In this document: piece by piece, positions 19,965-28,529 of the stretch
Position numbering within the stretch: position 1 is the stretch's first letter
How the letters are laid out: each line of letters begins with the position of its first letter
DNA from: an uncultured Candidatus Saccharibacteria bacterium
GTDB lineage: Bacteria; Patescibacteriota; Minisyncoccia; Phycocordibacterales; DATDWN01
Reading direction: 5' to 3'
Length of the DNA: 64,000 nucleotides
Assembly: GCA_964426735.1 (NCBI GenBank)
Contig: CAYRRP010000002.1
Span: 6,582 to 70,581 of the forward strand
Position numbers and translations under genes: made by a program
Notes under the pieces: generated by a model
The model's database searches: none
Told to the model about the DNA's origin: nothing
Seen by the model: only the letters and a program-made list of their open reading frames with translations

Positions 19965-20632
19965 ATGATGAATTTCTGCAAAAAAGAATAGCTGAAACAA
20001 AACACGAAATCTTTCCAATTGACAGGCTTTTATCATTGGAAAGCGTCTACCTCATATTCCAAGAAGAATACGTGAAGGTTGAAGATAAAAATCTTTTATT
20101 CAAAGATTCTAAATATCAGCGCTTGCGAGAAGGTTACTTTTCGATGTTTGTTGCCGTTTCTCTTCAAGATAACTCGGTTTCGAGGAAAAGGCACTATCTT
20201 ATTTTCCCCTCAGATCCTAGTAACGATGTCTATATTAGCTACAGATTGAATGAGGAGAAAGAGTCGATACCGAAGTTAATAGCCTACGAATTTGATATTA
20301 AAGAATATACGAACTGGTCGCTAAACTTTGAAGAATTCACCAAGAAAAGTATAATTCCAAAAATTGGTATCTATAATATCGCTATACCCATTTATAGAAA
20401 AATGGACGGACAGGATCTGCAGTTGTTGGTCGATTATTTGAAAGCAAACAAGCTCATAAGAAGAATATGGATACTCGGACTCCCATCAGATACCGTGAAA
20501 AATTATGATATTTCTGATGTAACTATTGTTGATAAAGACGGTATTATTTATCATAAGACGATAAACCTAAGTGAATGGATAGATAAAACCGAAGTGCCTA
20601 TAATTTTTCAAGATATCATTAGGTTTAAATAA
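19961..20632 (+). CDS. Hypothetical protein (possible nuclease-like fold)
   Basis: Overlaps the DUF4238 gene end by 4 bp; ND...EFDIKE is weakly PD-(D/E)xK-like. Confidence 0.55.
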   Translation: MNDEFLQKRIAETKHEIFPIDRLLSLESVYLIFQEEYVKVEDKNLLFKDSKYQRLREGYFSMFVAVSLQDNSVSRKRHYLIFPSDPSNDVYISYRLNEEKESIPKLIAYEFDIKEYTNWSLNFEEFTKKSIIPKIGIYNIAIPIYRKMDGQDLQLLVDYLKANKLIRRIWILGLPSDTVKNYDISDVTIVDKDGIIYHKTINLSEWIDKTEVPIIFQDIIRFK

Positions 20633-20777
20633 ATTATTCAGACTGTAAAAAATAAGGATAAGGCTTTTTTGGATCGGTGGAGAAGTTGTAGTATAGAAAA
20701 ATAATACGCCAAAGAGTATAGTTCTCCACAGGTGATATCTTGTTTCGGTGAACGAATGTTCACTGTATAATGTAGGT

Positions 20778-22010
20778 GTGTCAAAGAACAGAGTAATTTT
20801 TCATATGGATGGGGATGCTTTTTTTGTTGGATGTGAGGTGGCAAAAAATCCAAAACTAAAAGGTCTTCCTGTTGTCACCGGGCAGGAGCGCGGGATTGTT
20901 TCTGCGCTTTCATACGAAGCCAAAGCACTTGGCATAATCCGTGGTATGCCTATTTTTCGCGTAAAGAAAAATTTCCCAAACGTTTTAGTGTTGCCAGGTG
21001 ACTATGCGTCCTATGTCATGTATTCAGAAAAAATGTTTGATATTGTGCGCCGGTATGCAGACGATGTGGAGGAATACAGTATAGACGAATGTTTTGCAGA
21101 CCTGACAGGGCTCGACAGACCGCTCCATATGACATACACACAAATAGCCGAGAGAATTAAAAAAGAAGTAGTGGCAGAACTCGGACTTTCGGTTTCTGTC
21201 GGACTCGCTCCGACAAAAGTTTTAGCAAAAGTTGCATCGAAATGGAAAAAACCAGATGGACTTACGGTGATTGACTTAGGACATATAACACAGTTTCTGA
21301 CAGAGACACCGATAGGTAAAATCTGGGGTATAGGGCCACGCACCGCAGAGCGTTTACAGAGATTGGGGATAAAAACAGCGGGAGACTTTGCCGGCAAAGA
21401 TATGACGTGGGTCAAAAATAATTTATCTAAACCATATATAGAAATATGGATGGAGTTAAATGGGGTGTGCGTACACCACGTCGACCCAAACCCAAAAACA
21501 ACATATTCCTCGGTGCAGAAAACGAGAACTTTTTATCCGACAACAAACGACAAGGTTTTTCTCCTTTCGCAGATATCCAAACATACAGAGGAGGCTTGTC
21601 GTAAAGCGAGACACTACAACCTCGTTCCCAAAAAATTTTCTTTCTTTTTGAAAAGTCATGATTTTACATATTATTCACACACAGTAGTGTTAGAGGTACC
21701 TACACATGCACCAGAAACGTTGGTCAGTATCGCACGGTCTCACCTCGACAAAGCTTGGCGTCCAGGTGTGCAGTTTCGGACCACAGGCGTGACTCTTTCA
21801 GAACTCGAGCCCGAGGGTGTAAAACAAGGTGACTTGTTTGGTGCGATTGAAAAAGCAACAAAGTTTGAGATCATACACAAACAAATAGATAGTCTAGAAA
21901 AAAAGTTTGGTAAAGGTGTAGTGCATCTCGGCAGTACAGACAAAGCAATAAAAAACAGAACCCTCGGTACCGACTCGGACGATCTTTCTCGCGACTTGCT
22001 GTTTTTGTAA
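20778..22010 (+). CDS. dinB: DNA polymerase IV (Y family)
   Basis: HMDGDAFF, SYEAKALG, YSIDECF, SKWKKPDG; GTG start 6 nt after TATAAT. Confidence 0.93.
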   Translation: MSKNRVIFHMDGDAFFVGCEVAKNPKLKGLPVVTGQERGIVSALSYEAKALGIIRGMPIFRVKKNFPNVLVLPGDYASYVMYSEKMFDIVRRYADDVEEYSIDECFADLTGLDRPLHMTYTQIAERIKKEVVAELGLSVSVGLAPTKVLAKVASKWKKPDGLTVIDLGHITQFLTETPIGKIWGIGPRTAERLQRLGIKTAGDFAGKDMTWVKNNLSKPYIEIWMELNGVCVHHVDPNPKTTYSSVQKTRTFYPTTNDKVFLLSQISKHTEEACRKARHYNLVPKKFSFFLKSHDFTYYSHTVVLEVPTHAPETLVSIARSHLDKAWRPGVQFRTTGVTLSELEPEGVKQGDLFGAIEKATKFEIIHKQIDSLEKKFGKGVVHLGSTDKAIKNRTLGTDSDDLSRDLLFL

Positions 22011-23115
22011 GAGAGTATCTGCACCAGGAAACTGGTCATCTGGCACTGATTATTAGTGTCGCTGACTGTTGCTATTTTTAAATAAGGTTACCATTGACAT
22101 AACGCTATCCGTATGCTAAGATAGCGCAGGATTCATGAGCTATTTCTGGCTCAAAAAATGCATATTCCCAAACCCAAACGAAAGAAGGAGACAAGCTATG
22201 GCAACCGATGGTCCTGATCCCGCACCCTGTAAGCCTGATATTCTCAAGAAAGGCAGGGGTGTCTGTGTCCTCGACGGTAGTTCCAACGCTGTAGAGCGTT
22301 GGGTACAGTCTGTCGCTAAGAAAGCTAACGCTCAAGTCGACTGGCATTACAGTGGTGGACGAGCGAACGTTCTGCATCTCGGTGACGACACAAGTCGTCA
22401 GCGCGTTCTGAACGCAATCAGTGAGCTCAGAGGTGAACTCAAAGGTCGGATTCTCAGCGTCGACGGTCCTGCCCTCTATAGTAACGATATCGAAGATCCC
22501 GAAGCAAGCGGCGCAGTCGTTCGTGAAGTCGACGGCCAACTGGTGCTCGATGATCCGATCGCCGTCGCGGTGATCAGGGTGGTGGAGAAACACAACTGCC
22601 GTAACACACTGGAACTGAACGCCGATCGCGTCAAGCACTTCAAGCGTCGGCTGACGGAGCGTGGCATGACTCCAGATCAAGCGGTGATCGTTCTCCTGAA
22701 CGTCGACGACGTTCACGGCGGTCCGCTCGCGAACGCTCTGATGCCCGGACACAACTGGCAGGAAATCCGTGACAAGGGAGAAGTCCCTTTCGCGCGAGGA
22801 CTCGCCATGCGAGACGGCATTCAGAAAGCGCTCGGTGCTTTCGACAAGGACGCCGCGACGAAGTTGCAGAGCATCAGCGACGTAGCTGTCGTGGTAGTTG
22901 ACCACGGTGTCGCCGAAGTATTCGCGGCCTAACCGCAAAACTTCGCAATGGCACAATGGGCGCACGACCTTCGGGTACGTGCGCCTTTTCTTATACCACA
23001 TCCAATGAACGAAGCCACAGAGTTTAGAGTAACCATCAGACACGGAGAGGAAGCGTCTCTCGCGACTTACTGTTTTTGTAAGAGAGTATCTGCACCAGGA
23101 AACTGGTCATCTGGC
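21987..23115 (+). repeat. 58-bp direct repeat (21987-22044 and 23058-23115) duplicating the dinB 3' end and flanking an inserted gene
   Basis: tctcgcgactt(g/a)ctgtttttgtaagagagtatctgcaccaggaaactggtcatctggc with one mismatch. Confidence 0.9.
22198..22932 (+). CDS. Hypothetical protein, GC-rich inserted gene
   Basis: TTGACA-17-TAAGAT promoter (22095-22123), AAGGAG SD before ATG 22198, hairpin terminator at about 22958-22990. Confidence 0.75.
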   Translation: MATDGPDPAPCKPDILKKGRGVCVLDGSSNAVERWVQSVAKKANAQVDWHYSGGRANVLHLGDDTSRQRVLNAISELRGELKGRILSVDGPALYSNDIEDPEASGAVVREVDGQLVLDDPIAVAVIRVVEKHNCRNTLELNADRVKHFKRRLTERGMTPDQAVIVLLNVDDVHGGPLANALMPGHNWQEIRDKGEVPFARGLAMRDGIQKALGAFDKDAATKLQSISDVAVVVVDHGVAEVFAA

Positions 23116-23189
23116 GGGGTATTGTGTTTAATATGAAAAAACTCCTGTATGGAGTGGGAGTTTTTTCATGAGAGAAAATAGTGAGGTGT

Positions 23190-23804
23190 TTACTTGATTG
23201 TTGGCGGTTGTATGCCAGCATCATCGAGGAGTTTTTTTGCTTCATCCATCTTGCCTTGTTTGATCAGTGTACGAGCTTGTTTCATTACCTCTTTTTGCGC
23301 ATCAGTGAGATTTGCAAAACGTGGGTGAGCTCCTTCTACAAAGAGACCTTTGTATTCTGGAATTTTAATACCCGCATCGGTCAGCAACTTCTTTGCTTCC
23401 TCAGGTTTTCCAGCATCAGTGAGAGCTTTTGCTTGCTTTAGTGTTTCTTTTTGTGCATCAGTGAGGTTCTGGAAAAAACCTTTCATATGTTCATGGTCTG
23501 GTTTTTTTAAACCAAGCTCAGTCATGATTTTTTCTGCACCTGCCTTATCACCATTTTTACGAAGTGTATGAGCTTCGACGAGTTTGTTGAATATAGCCTC
23601 AGTAATTTCGATATCGTCAAATCGTGGATGGGTCGAAGTGAGTGTTTTAAATGTTGCATAATCACCTGAGTCGAGAGCGCTTTCAAATGCTTCTCTGTTT
23701 GGTCGATTTTTATTTGTGGTTGGATTACTTGCAGCGCTTACCAAAAAAGGGAGTGATGCTGCGCCAACAAAAACCAGTGTCATAAGAGCTTTTCTTTTTT
23801 TCAT
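23190..23804 (-). CDS. Secreted helical-repeat protein (Spy/CpxP-like NLTDAQKE repeats)
   Basis: Signal peptide; repeated NLTDAQKE..KQA..L...GK..EAKKLL.DAGI unit. Confidence 0.7.
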   Translation of the reverse strand: MKKRKALMTLVFVGAASLPFLVSAASNPTTNKNRPNREAFESALDSGDYATFKTLTSTHPRFDDIEITEAIFNKLVEAHTLRKNGDKAGAEKIMTELGLKKPDHEHMKGFFQNLTDAQKETLKQAKALTDAGKPEEAKKLLTDAGIKIPEYKGLFVEGAHPRFANLTDAQKEVMKQARTLIKQGKMDEAKKLLDDAGIQPPTIK

Positions 23805-24001
23805 GGTAGTTATAACTTTCATATGTGGCAAATTTATTTGTCGAGCCGCAGTAAAATAGAGTAAACTATATTTTCTTTGCTCTTCGCTGACTTTGCTCAA
23901 ATCTGAAAGTTCTCATTAATAAGTAAGTAATATGTTTGTTGGATGATCACTTCCAACATATACTCATACGTCTATGAAAAAAATTTCTTTCACGATATTT
24001 G

Positions 24002-24781
24002 TTATTGCGCCATCAGTATGAGTTTGTCACAAGGGTTTGGGTCTGTACTAGTGCTGAGAAGCATCATTTTTGGTCGAGGGTGTACTGGTGGTACGCCTGG
24101 TCGAAGTGAAAGATTCCATGGCAGTATGATGCATACAAGGAAGTTTTCATCGTCGATTTGTTTTCCTATAAATCGAGACATTCGATCATGTGTGATTGTT
24201 GTTGTAGGAATAAGTGAAGTATTAAGAACCCATTGTTTATTATTTAAGTCAGTGAGCATAGTAACATCATGTTCAATAGTAACTAGTCCAGCAAGATGTC
24301 CTCTCTCAGGATGTGACCAGATTTCTTTGTGCTGACGTTCGACAGGATATCGTATGACCGGATTTTTATATCCATACATATCTATAACATAGAGTAGTGT
24401 GCCAAAACTAATACTGATAAGAAGGCTTGCACCGAGAACTTTTTTTGAATCAAAACGATATCCTTTTGGAGTGAGACGAAGTGTGTGGACGATTACTCCT
24501 GTGAATAAGAGAAATGATCCAATCCAAATAAGAGGCATTGTTTGAAGTAAAAATTGAAGTTTATTTGGTGCGATAAAACGTTCATACTCGAATCCTGCAT
24601 GTTTAATTCCAAATAACATACCTGCCCATGCGCATGCTCCAACAAGTGTTACCAGTGTTCCAGGTATCCAGAGGAGGGTGTGCTGCAGTTTGAAACGCCA
24701 TTGAGGTAGAGGTGTTATATTCTCAGCTTCTATTTTTGAAAATATACTTTCTTTTAAATTGTTGTGTGTATTATTGGTCAT
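24002..24781 (-). CDS. Membrane protein, putative anti-sigma factor
   Basis: Three TM helices; overlaps the 3' end of the ECF sigma gene. Confidence 0.65.
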   Translation of the reverse strand: MTNNTHNNLKESIFSKIEAENITPLPQWRFKLQHTLLWIPGTLVTLVGACAWAGMLFGIKHAGFEYERFIAPNKLQFLLQTMPLIWIGSFLLFTGVIVHTLRLTPKGYRFDSKKVLGASLLISISFGTLLYVIDMYGYKNPVIRYPVERQHKEIWSHPERGHLAGLVTIEHDVTMLTDLNNKQWVLNTSLIPTTTITHDRMSRFIGKQIDDENFLVCIILPWNLSLRPGVPPVHPRPKMMLLSTSTDPNPCDKLILMAQ

Positions 24782-25337
24782 GATGGTGAAGTAAATCTTT
24801 TAGAATCTTTTTTGCTCGGTTGAGATGAATTGCAACGGTTCCTGGTGGTATCTGTAGAATATCAGCGATTTCTTCATAACTTTTTTCTTCATAAAACCGG
24901 AGTTCTATAATATCCTGATATTTTTTATCGAGAGTCTCCAAAGCTTTCTTGAGTAGCACCTTTTGCTCTTCATGGAGTGCAACAGAAGATGTATCATCAG
25001 TTGCAGTCAATGAATGAAAAATCGTTTCATCTGCATCGAATGATACAGATGGTTCGCGTTTTTTCTTACGATACCAGTCAATCATTTCATTGTAAGCAAT
25101 ACGATATATCCACGAAGAAAACCGAAGGCTTGGATCGAAATCCTTCATGTTTTTATACACCTTGATAAAAATATTTTGAAGAAGATCGTCTTGGTCTGCG
25201 GTTGATGCATGTGATTTTCTCCCTATATATGCTCTGAGTTTAGGTTCGTATCGCTCAATAATATGAGCAAAAAACTCTCTGTCAGTGAGAGATTGTTTAA
25301 GTATTTCTTCGTCAGTGAGGTGTGAGGCAGAGTCCAT
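24771..25337 (-). CDS. ECF RNA polymerase sigma factor
   Basis: DLLQNIFIKVY, FSSWIYRIAYN, SYEEIADILQIPPGTV. Confidence 0.93.
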   Translation of the reverse strand: MDSASHLTDEEILKQSLTDREFFAHIIERYEPKLRAYIGRKSHASTADQDDLLQNIFIKVYKNMKDFDPSLRFSSWIYRIAYNEMIDWYRKKKREPSVSFDADETIFHSLTATDDTSSVALHEEQKVLLKKALETLDKKYQDIIELRFYEEKSYEEIADILQIPPGTVAIHLNRAKKILKDLLHHHDQ

Positions 25338-25427
25338 TCTCTCTAGTATATACGAAAAGTAACATGATTTTCTTTCAGAAGCAGTGTTTGTATATTTTCA
25401 AGAGTCTTCTGATATACTAGAGTCTAT

Positions 25428-26681
25428 ATGAATAAAAAACCTCATGTGGTGATTGTTGGAGCAGGATTTGGTGGTGTCTACACAGCTAAAGCACTGATTC
25501 CGTATGTAAAAAAAGGTGTACTCGATGTAACTATTATTAATAAAACAAATTATTTTTTATTTACCCCGTTGCTTCATGAGGTTGCAACAGGGGGACTCGG
25601 AGGACGTTCGGTGACTGAACCAATCAGGCATATTTTTGCAGGTACTGGAGTGGTATTTCATCAGGGTACAGTAGAAGCGTTATCTCCGAAGGAGCATACC
25701 CTTGTAGTAGATGGAAAAAGTATTTCATATGATTATGCAATAATTGCTACAGGTGCAGTCACCAATTTTTATGGAATTCCTGGTGCACAAGAACACTCTC
25801 TTGTACTCAAAAATCTTGCTGATGCAATAGAGATACGTGAACGTATTATCGATGCAGTTGAAGACGCGTCGTGTATTGAGTCTGCTCTCGAACGAAAGAA
25901 AAAACTTTCTTTTGTGGTGGTTGGTGGAGGAGCTACGGGAGTGGAGATGGTGGCTGAAATGGCAGAATTTATCAATACACTCTATGATCTGTATTTTAAA
26001 GACGTGAGTGCGATTCAGAAAAAAGATATTTCGCTTCATTTGGTAAATACAGGGCCAGACCTTTTGGCAATGCTTCATCCGAGTCTTCGAGTTAAAACAG
26101 CTTCACGGTTGACTGCGCTCGGAGTACAACTTCATATGAATATGTCAGTAACAGAAATTACTGCAGAAAAAGTGCTCTTTAAAGATGGGAGTTCGATTGA
26201 TACATCGTTTGTATTTTGGGCGGGAGGTGTCACACCGAGTGTGCCAAAGTTTAATTCATTTGAACCTACCGTGGTTGCAGGGAAACTTGCAACAAATACA
26301 TTTTTGCAATTGAACGGTGATCCTCATGTGTTTGTATTAGGAGATAGTGCGTTGGTAGAGACTGCAGATGGAAAGGGGTATCCAGCACTTGCACAAATTG
26401 CAGCGCGACAAGCTGAAGTTGTTGCATATAATGTTCTTGCATTACTTTCACACAAACCACTAAAAACATTTATGTATAACATACGAGGGACATTGGTATC
26501 TCTCGGTCAGTGGTATGCAGTTGGGGAGATGTTTGGATTGCGATTTTCAGGAAAATTGATGTGGTGGATCTGGCGTACAGTGTATCTGTTCAATTTCCAT
26601 TCATGGACAAAGCGGTTCAAGATTGCATTTGAGTGGACTGAAGCTCTTTTTTCTCCCCGAGATATCACAAAGTTGAGATAA
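25428..26681 (+). CDS. ndh: Type II NADH dehydrogenase family FAD oxidoreductase
   Basis: VVIVGAGFGG, FTPLLHEVATG, VVGGGATGVE, PALAQIA. Confidence 0.9.
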   Translation: MNKKPHVVIVGAGFGGVYTAKALIPYVKKGVLDVTIINKTNYFLFTPLLHEVATGGLGGRSVTEPIRHIFAGTGVVFHQGTVEALSPKEHTLVVDGKSISYDYAIIATGAVTNFYGIPGAQEHSLVLKNLADAIEIRERIIDAVEDASCIESALERKKKLSFVVVGGGATGVEMVAEMAEFINTLYDLYFKDVSAIQKKDISLHLVNTGPDLLAMLHPSLRVKTASRLTALGVQLHMNMSVTEITAEKVLFKDGSSIDTSFVFWAGGVTPSVPKFNSFEPTVVAGKLATNTFLQLNGDPHVFVLGDSALVETADGKGYPALAQIAARQAEVVAYNVLALLSHKPLKTFMYNIRGTLVSLGQWYAVGEMFGLRFSGKLMWWIWRTVYLFNFHSWTKRFKIAFEWTEALFSPRDITKLR

Positions 26682-26706
26682 ATATTACACCACACTTTTA
26701 AAAAAA

Positions 26707-26793
26707 AGAAGGGCACCTTCCTCGCGAGGAAGGTGCCCTTCTGGTTTGGTGGGAATTTGGGTAAGTTAAAAGCCCCGGGGTTGCCGGGGCTTT
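26707..26793 (-). terminator. Two tandem terminator hairpins (26707-26742 and 26770-26793)
   Basis: agaagggcaccttcctc-gc-gaggaaggtgcccttct and aagccccgg-ggttg-ccggggctt. Confidence 0.8.
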
Positions 26794-26815
26794 GTTGGGT
26801 TCGAAAGAACGGTTG

Positions 26816-27394
26816 TTACGTGCGGCGCCGGAGTGCTGCGATGCCGATGAGCCCTGCGCCCATGAGGACGAAGGACATCGGTTCGGGTACCTGGGATGTC
26901 ATGTTACCTGACCATGCAACGGTGGTGTCGGGGTTGTATCCACCAGCGTACTGAGCTGATATTGCCCCGGTGACAACTGTCGGGTCGAAACCATTCCCTG
27001 TAACTGTGCCGGTGAACGCGGCCGACAGAAAGTCAACCCCGCCTGGTAGACTCGTGAGTACCCAGACATTCGCCCCTTGCCAGGAGGTCACATCGACGGT
27101 GAATCCGTTGAAAGTGAGAAAGCCTGGCATCGGGATGTTGCCGAGGATGTTGGTTGCGGTTCCGCCGCTCCCGAGGGAGCTGCTGAAATCGCCGGTAGCC
27201 GGGGTTACGACAGTGAACGACGGGGTACCGATGAAGGTACCACTGTTCATGTTATTGATTTTGATGTTCGCCACCGGTGAGCCGAAGTTCACCGTGCCGT
27301 AGATTGGTGCGGCGGTTGCCGCCGGTGAGAAGAGGCCGAAGCCAATGACTGCGATCATGGCCAGGAGGCCATTTTTTAAAAAGTTTTTTACCAC
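26816..27394 (-). CDS. PEP-CTERM sorting-domain protein
   Basis: Signal peptide (AATA|AP); Gly/Thr/Asn-rich body; VPEPMSFVLMGAGLIGIAALRRRT tail; GC-rich; TTGACG-17-TAGTGT promoter (27502-27474). Confidence 0.9.
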   Translation of the reverse strand: MVKNFLKNGLLAMIAVIGFGLFSPAATAAPIYGTVNFGSPVANIKINNMNSGTFIGTPSFTVVTPATGDFSSSLGSGGTATNILGNIPMPGFLTFNGFTVDVTSWQGANVWVLTSLPGGVDFLSAAFTGTVTGNGFDPTVVTGAISAQYAGGYNPDTTVAWSGNMTSQVPEPMSFVLMGAGLIGIAALRRRT

Positions 27395-27534
27395 TTTTTA
27401 CTCCGATTTTTTTTTCAATGTACATTGTCACCGACCTGCTTCGAAAACAGTTCGATAGACATTGCCGTCAAAGACACTATCATGTTTTATTTAATACGTC
27501 AAGTATTTTTTAAACTTTTTTTGTATGAAAAAAA

Positions 27535-27565
27535 TAATCCCCGGTCACGTAAGTGACCGGGGATT
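27535..27565 (-). terminator. Intrinsic terminator
   Basis: aatccccggtcac-gtaa-gtgaccggggatt with an A-run on the left. Confidence 0.8.
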
Positions 27566-27592
27566 GGTTGGGTTTGAAAGAACTGGTTTTTG

Positions 27593-28378
27593 TTACGCGC
27601 CGTTGTGATGACGGCGCCGGAAGAGCGCAATGCCGACAAGGCCTGCGCCCATGAGGACGAGGGTTATCGGTTCAGGGACTCCAGTTTGTTGGTCGGGTGG
27701 ACCTTGCATTACTACAAACGCCTTGTTAGCCGCGTTATTGCCGGACGCCATGTTGCTGGTTCCGTCGAAGAACACGAGTTCCCAAATGGTGCTGGGGACG
27801 AATGCTACCACATCACCGACTCCGTTGGTCGGATCGAGGATGCTGTAGAGCACGTTCGGTACTGACGGGTCACGCCAGTACATATTAAGGAGTCCTTCGA
27901 GGAGGGAAATTCTGACTACCAGTTCAGCGGAGTTTGACCCACTGTTTTGTTGAAACCTAAACCCAGCTGCGCCACCAGCATTGGTACCAAAGTATTGGCT
28001 GTTGGCCGGCGTCCAGTTTGGACTGGTCGAACTGCCCGTGAACCCTCCAGTTCCGTAGGCGTAGCTGGCTAAGTTCATGATTTGTGTACTGTACGGAGAG
28101 TTCCCGTCCAGATACGGCAGACCGTCTTGGTTGGGTGTAAACCCGGGTTGCCAAGATCCTACGGTATTACCTGACCCGATGAGGCCGAAGTTCCCGGTCA
28201 TCAGAATGGTCATGCTTGTGTAGGTGCACGCGTTTGCAATTGCACAGAGCTGAGGTAGAGCTTGAGCTCCAACCAAAAGCGGACTGTTGTTGGTGTACGG
28301 CGCCGCCTGCAGGGAGCAGGTGAGTGCCGTAGTGATAAGAAGAATGGCAAATGCCATCTTCTGGTTTTTGATAAACAT
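27593..28378 (-). CDS. PEP-CTERM sorting-domain protein
   Basis: Start MFIKNQK after a GGAG SD; signal peptide (SLQA|AP); VPEPITLVLMGAGLVGIALFRRR tail; GC-rich. Confidence 0.9.
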   Translation of the reverse strand: MFIKNQKMAFAILLITTALTCSLQAAPYTNNSPLLVGAQALPQLCAIANACTYTSMTILMTGNFGLIGSGNTVGSWQPGFTPNQDGLPYLDGNSPYSTQIMNLASYAYGTGGFTGSSTSPNWTPANSQYFGTNAGGAAGFRFQQNSGSNSAELVVRISLLEGLLNMYWRDPSVPNVLYSILDPTNGVGDVVAFVPSTIWELVFFDGTSNMASGNNAANKAFVVMQGPPDQQTGVPEPITLVLMGAGLVGIALFRRRHHNGA

Positions 28379-28529
28379 ACTACATCTCCAACGTCGTTGA
28401 ATTGAGGCGTTCATCGCCTCGTTTTGTCTGCCGGAAACCTTAGCACACCTCTTTGTGTATGTAAATAGACTTATTGACAAAGTTATATATAAATAGTAGT
28501 GTTGTTTTCAATTAATAATAGAGGATTAT

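Noticed and set aside
17314-22010. S24 domain plus dinB as a umuDC-like mutagenesis cassette
   Set aside because: They are 3 kb apart, and the S24 domain is the in-frame tail of a broken fusion gene.
22105-23043. 312-aa minus-strand ORF
   Set aside because: Antisense shadow of the GC-rich plus-strand gene, which has the promoter, SD and terminator.
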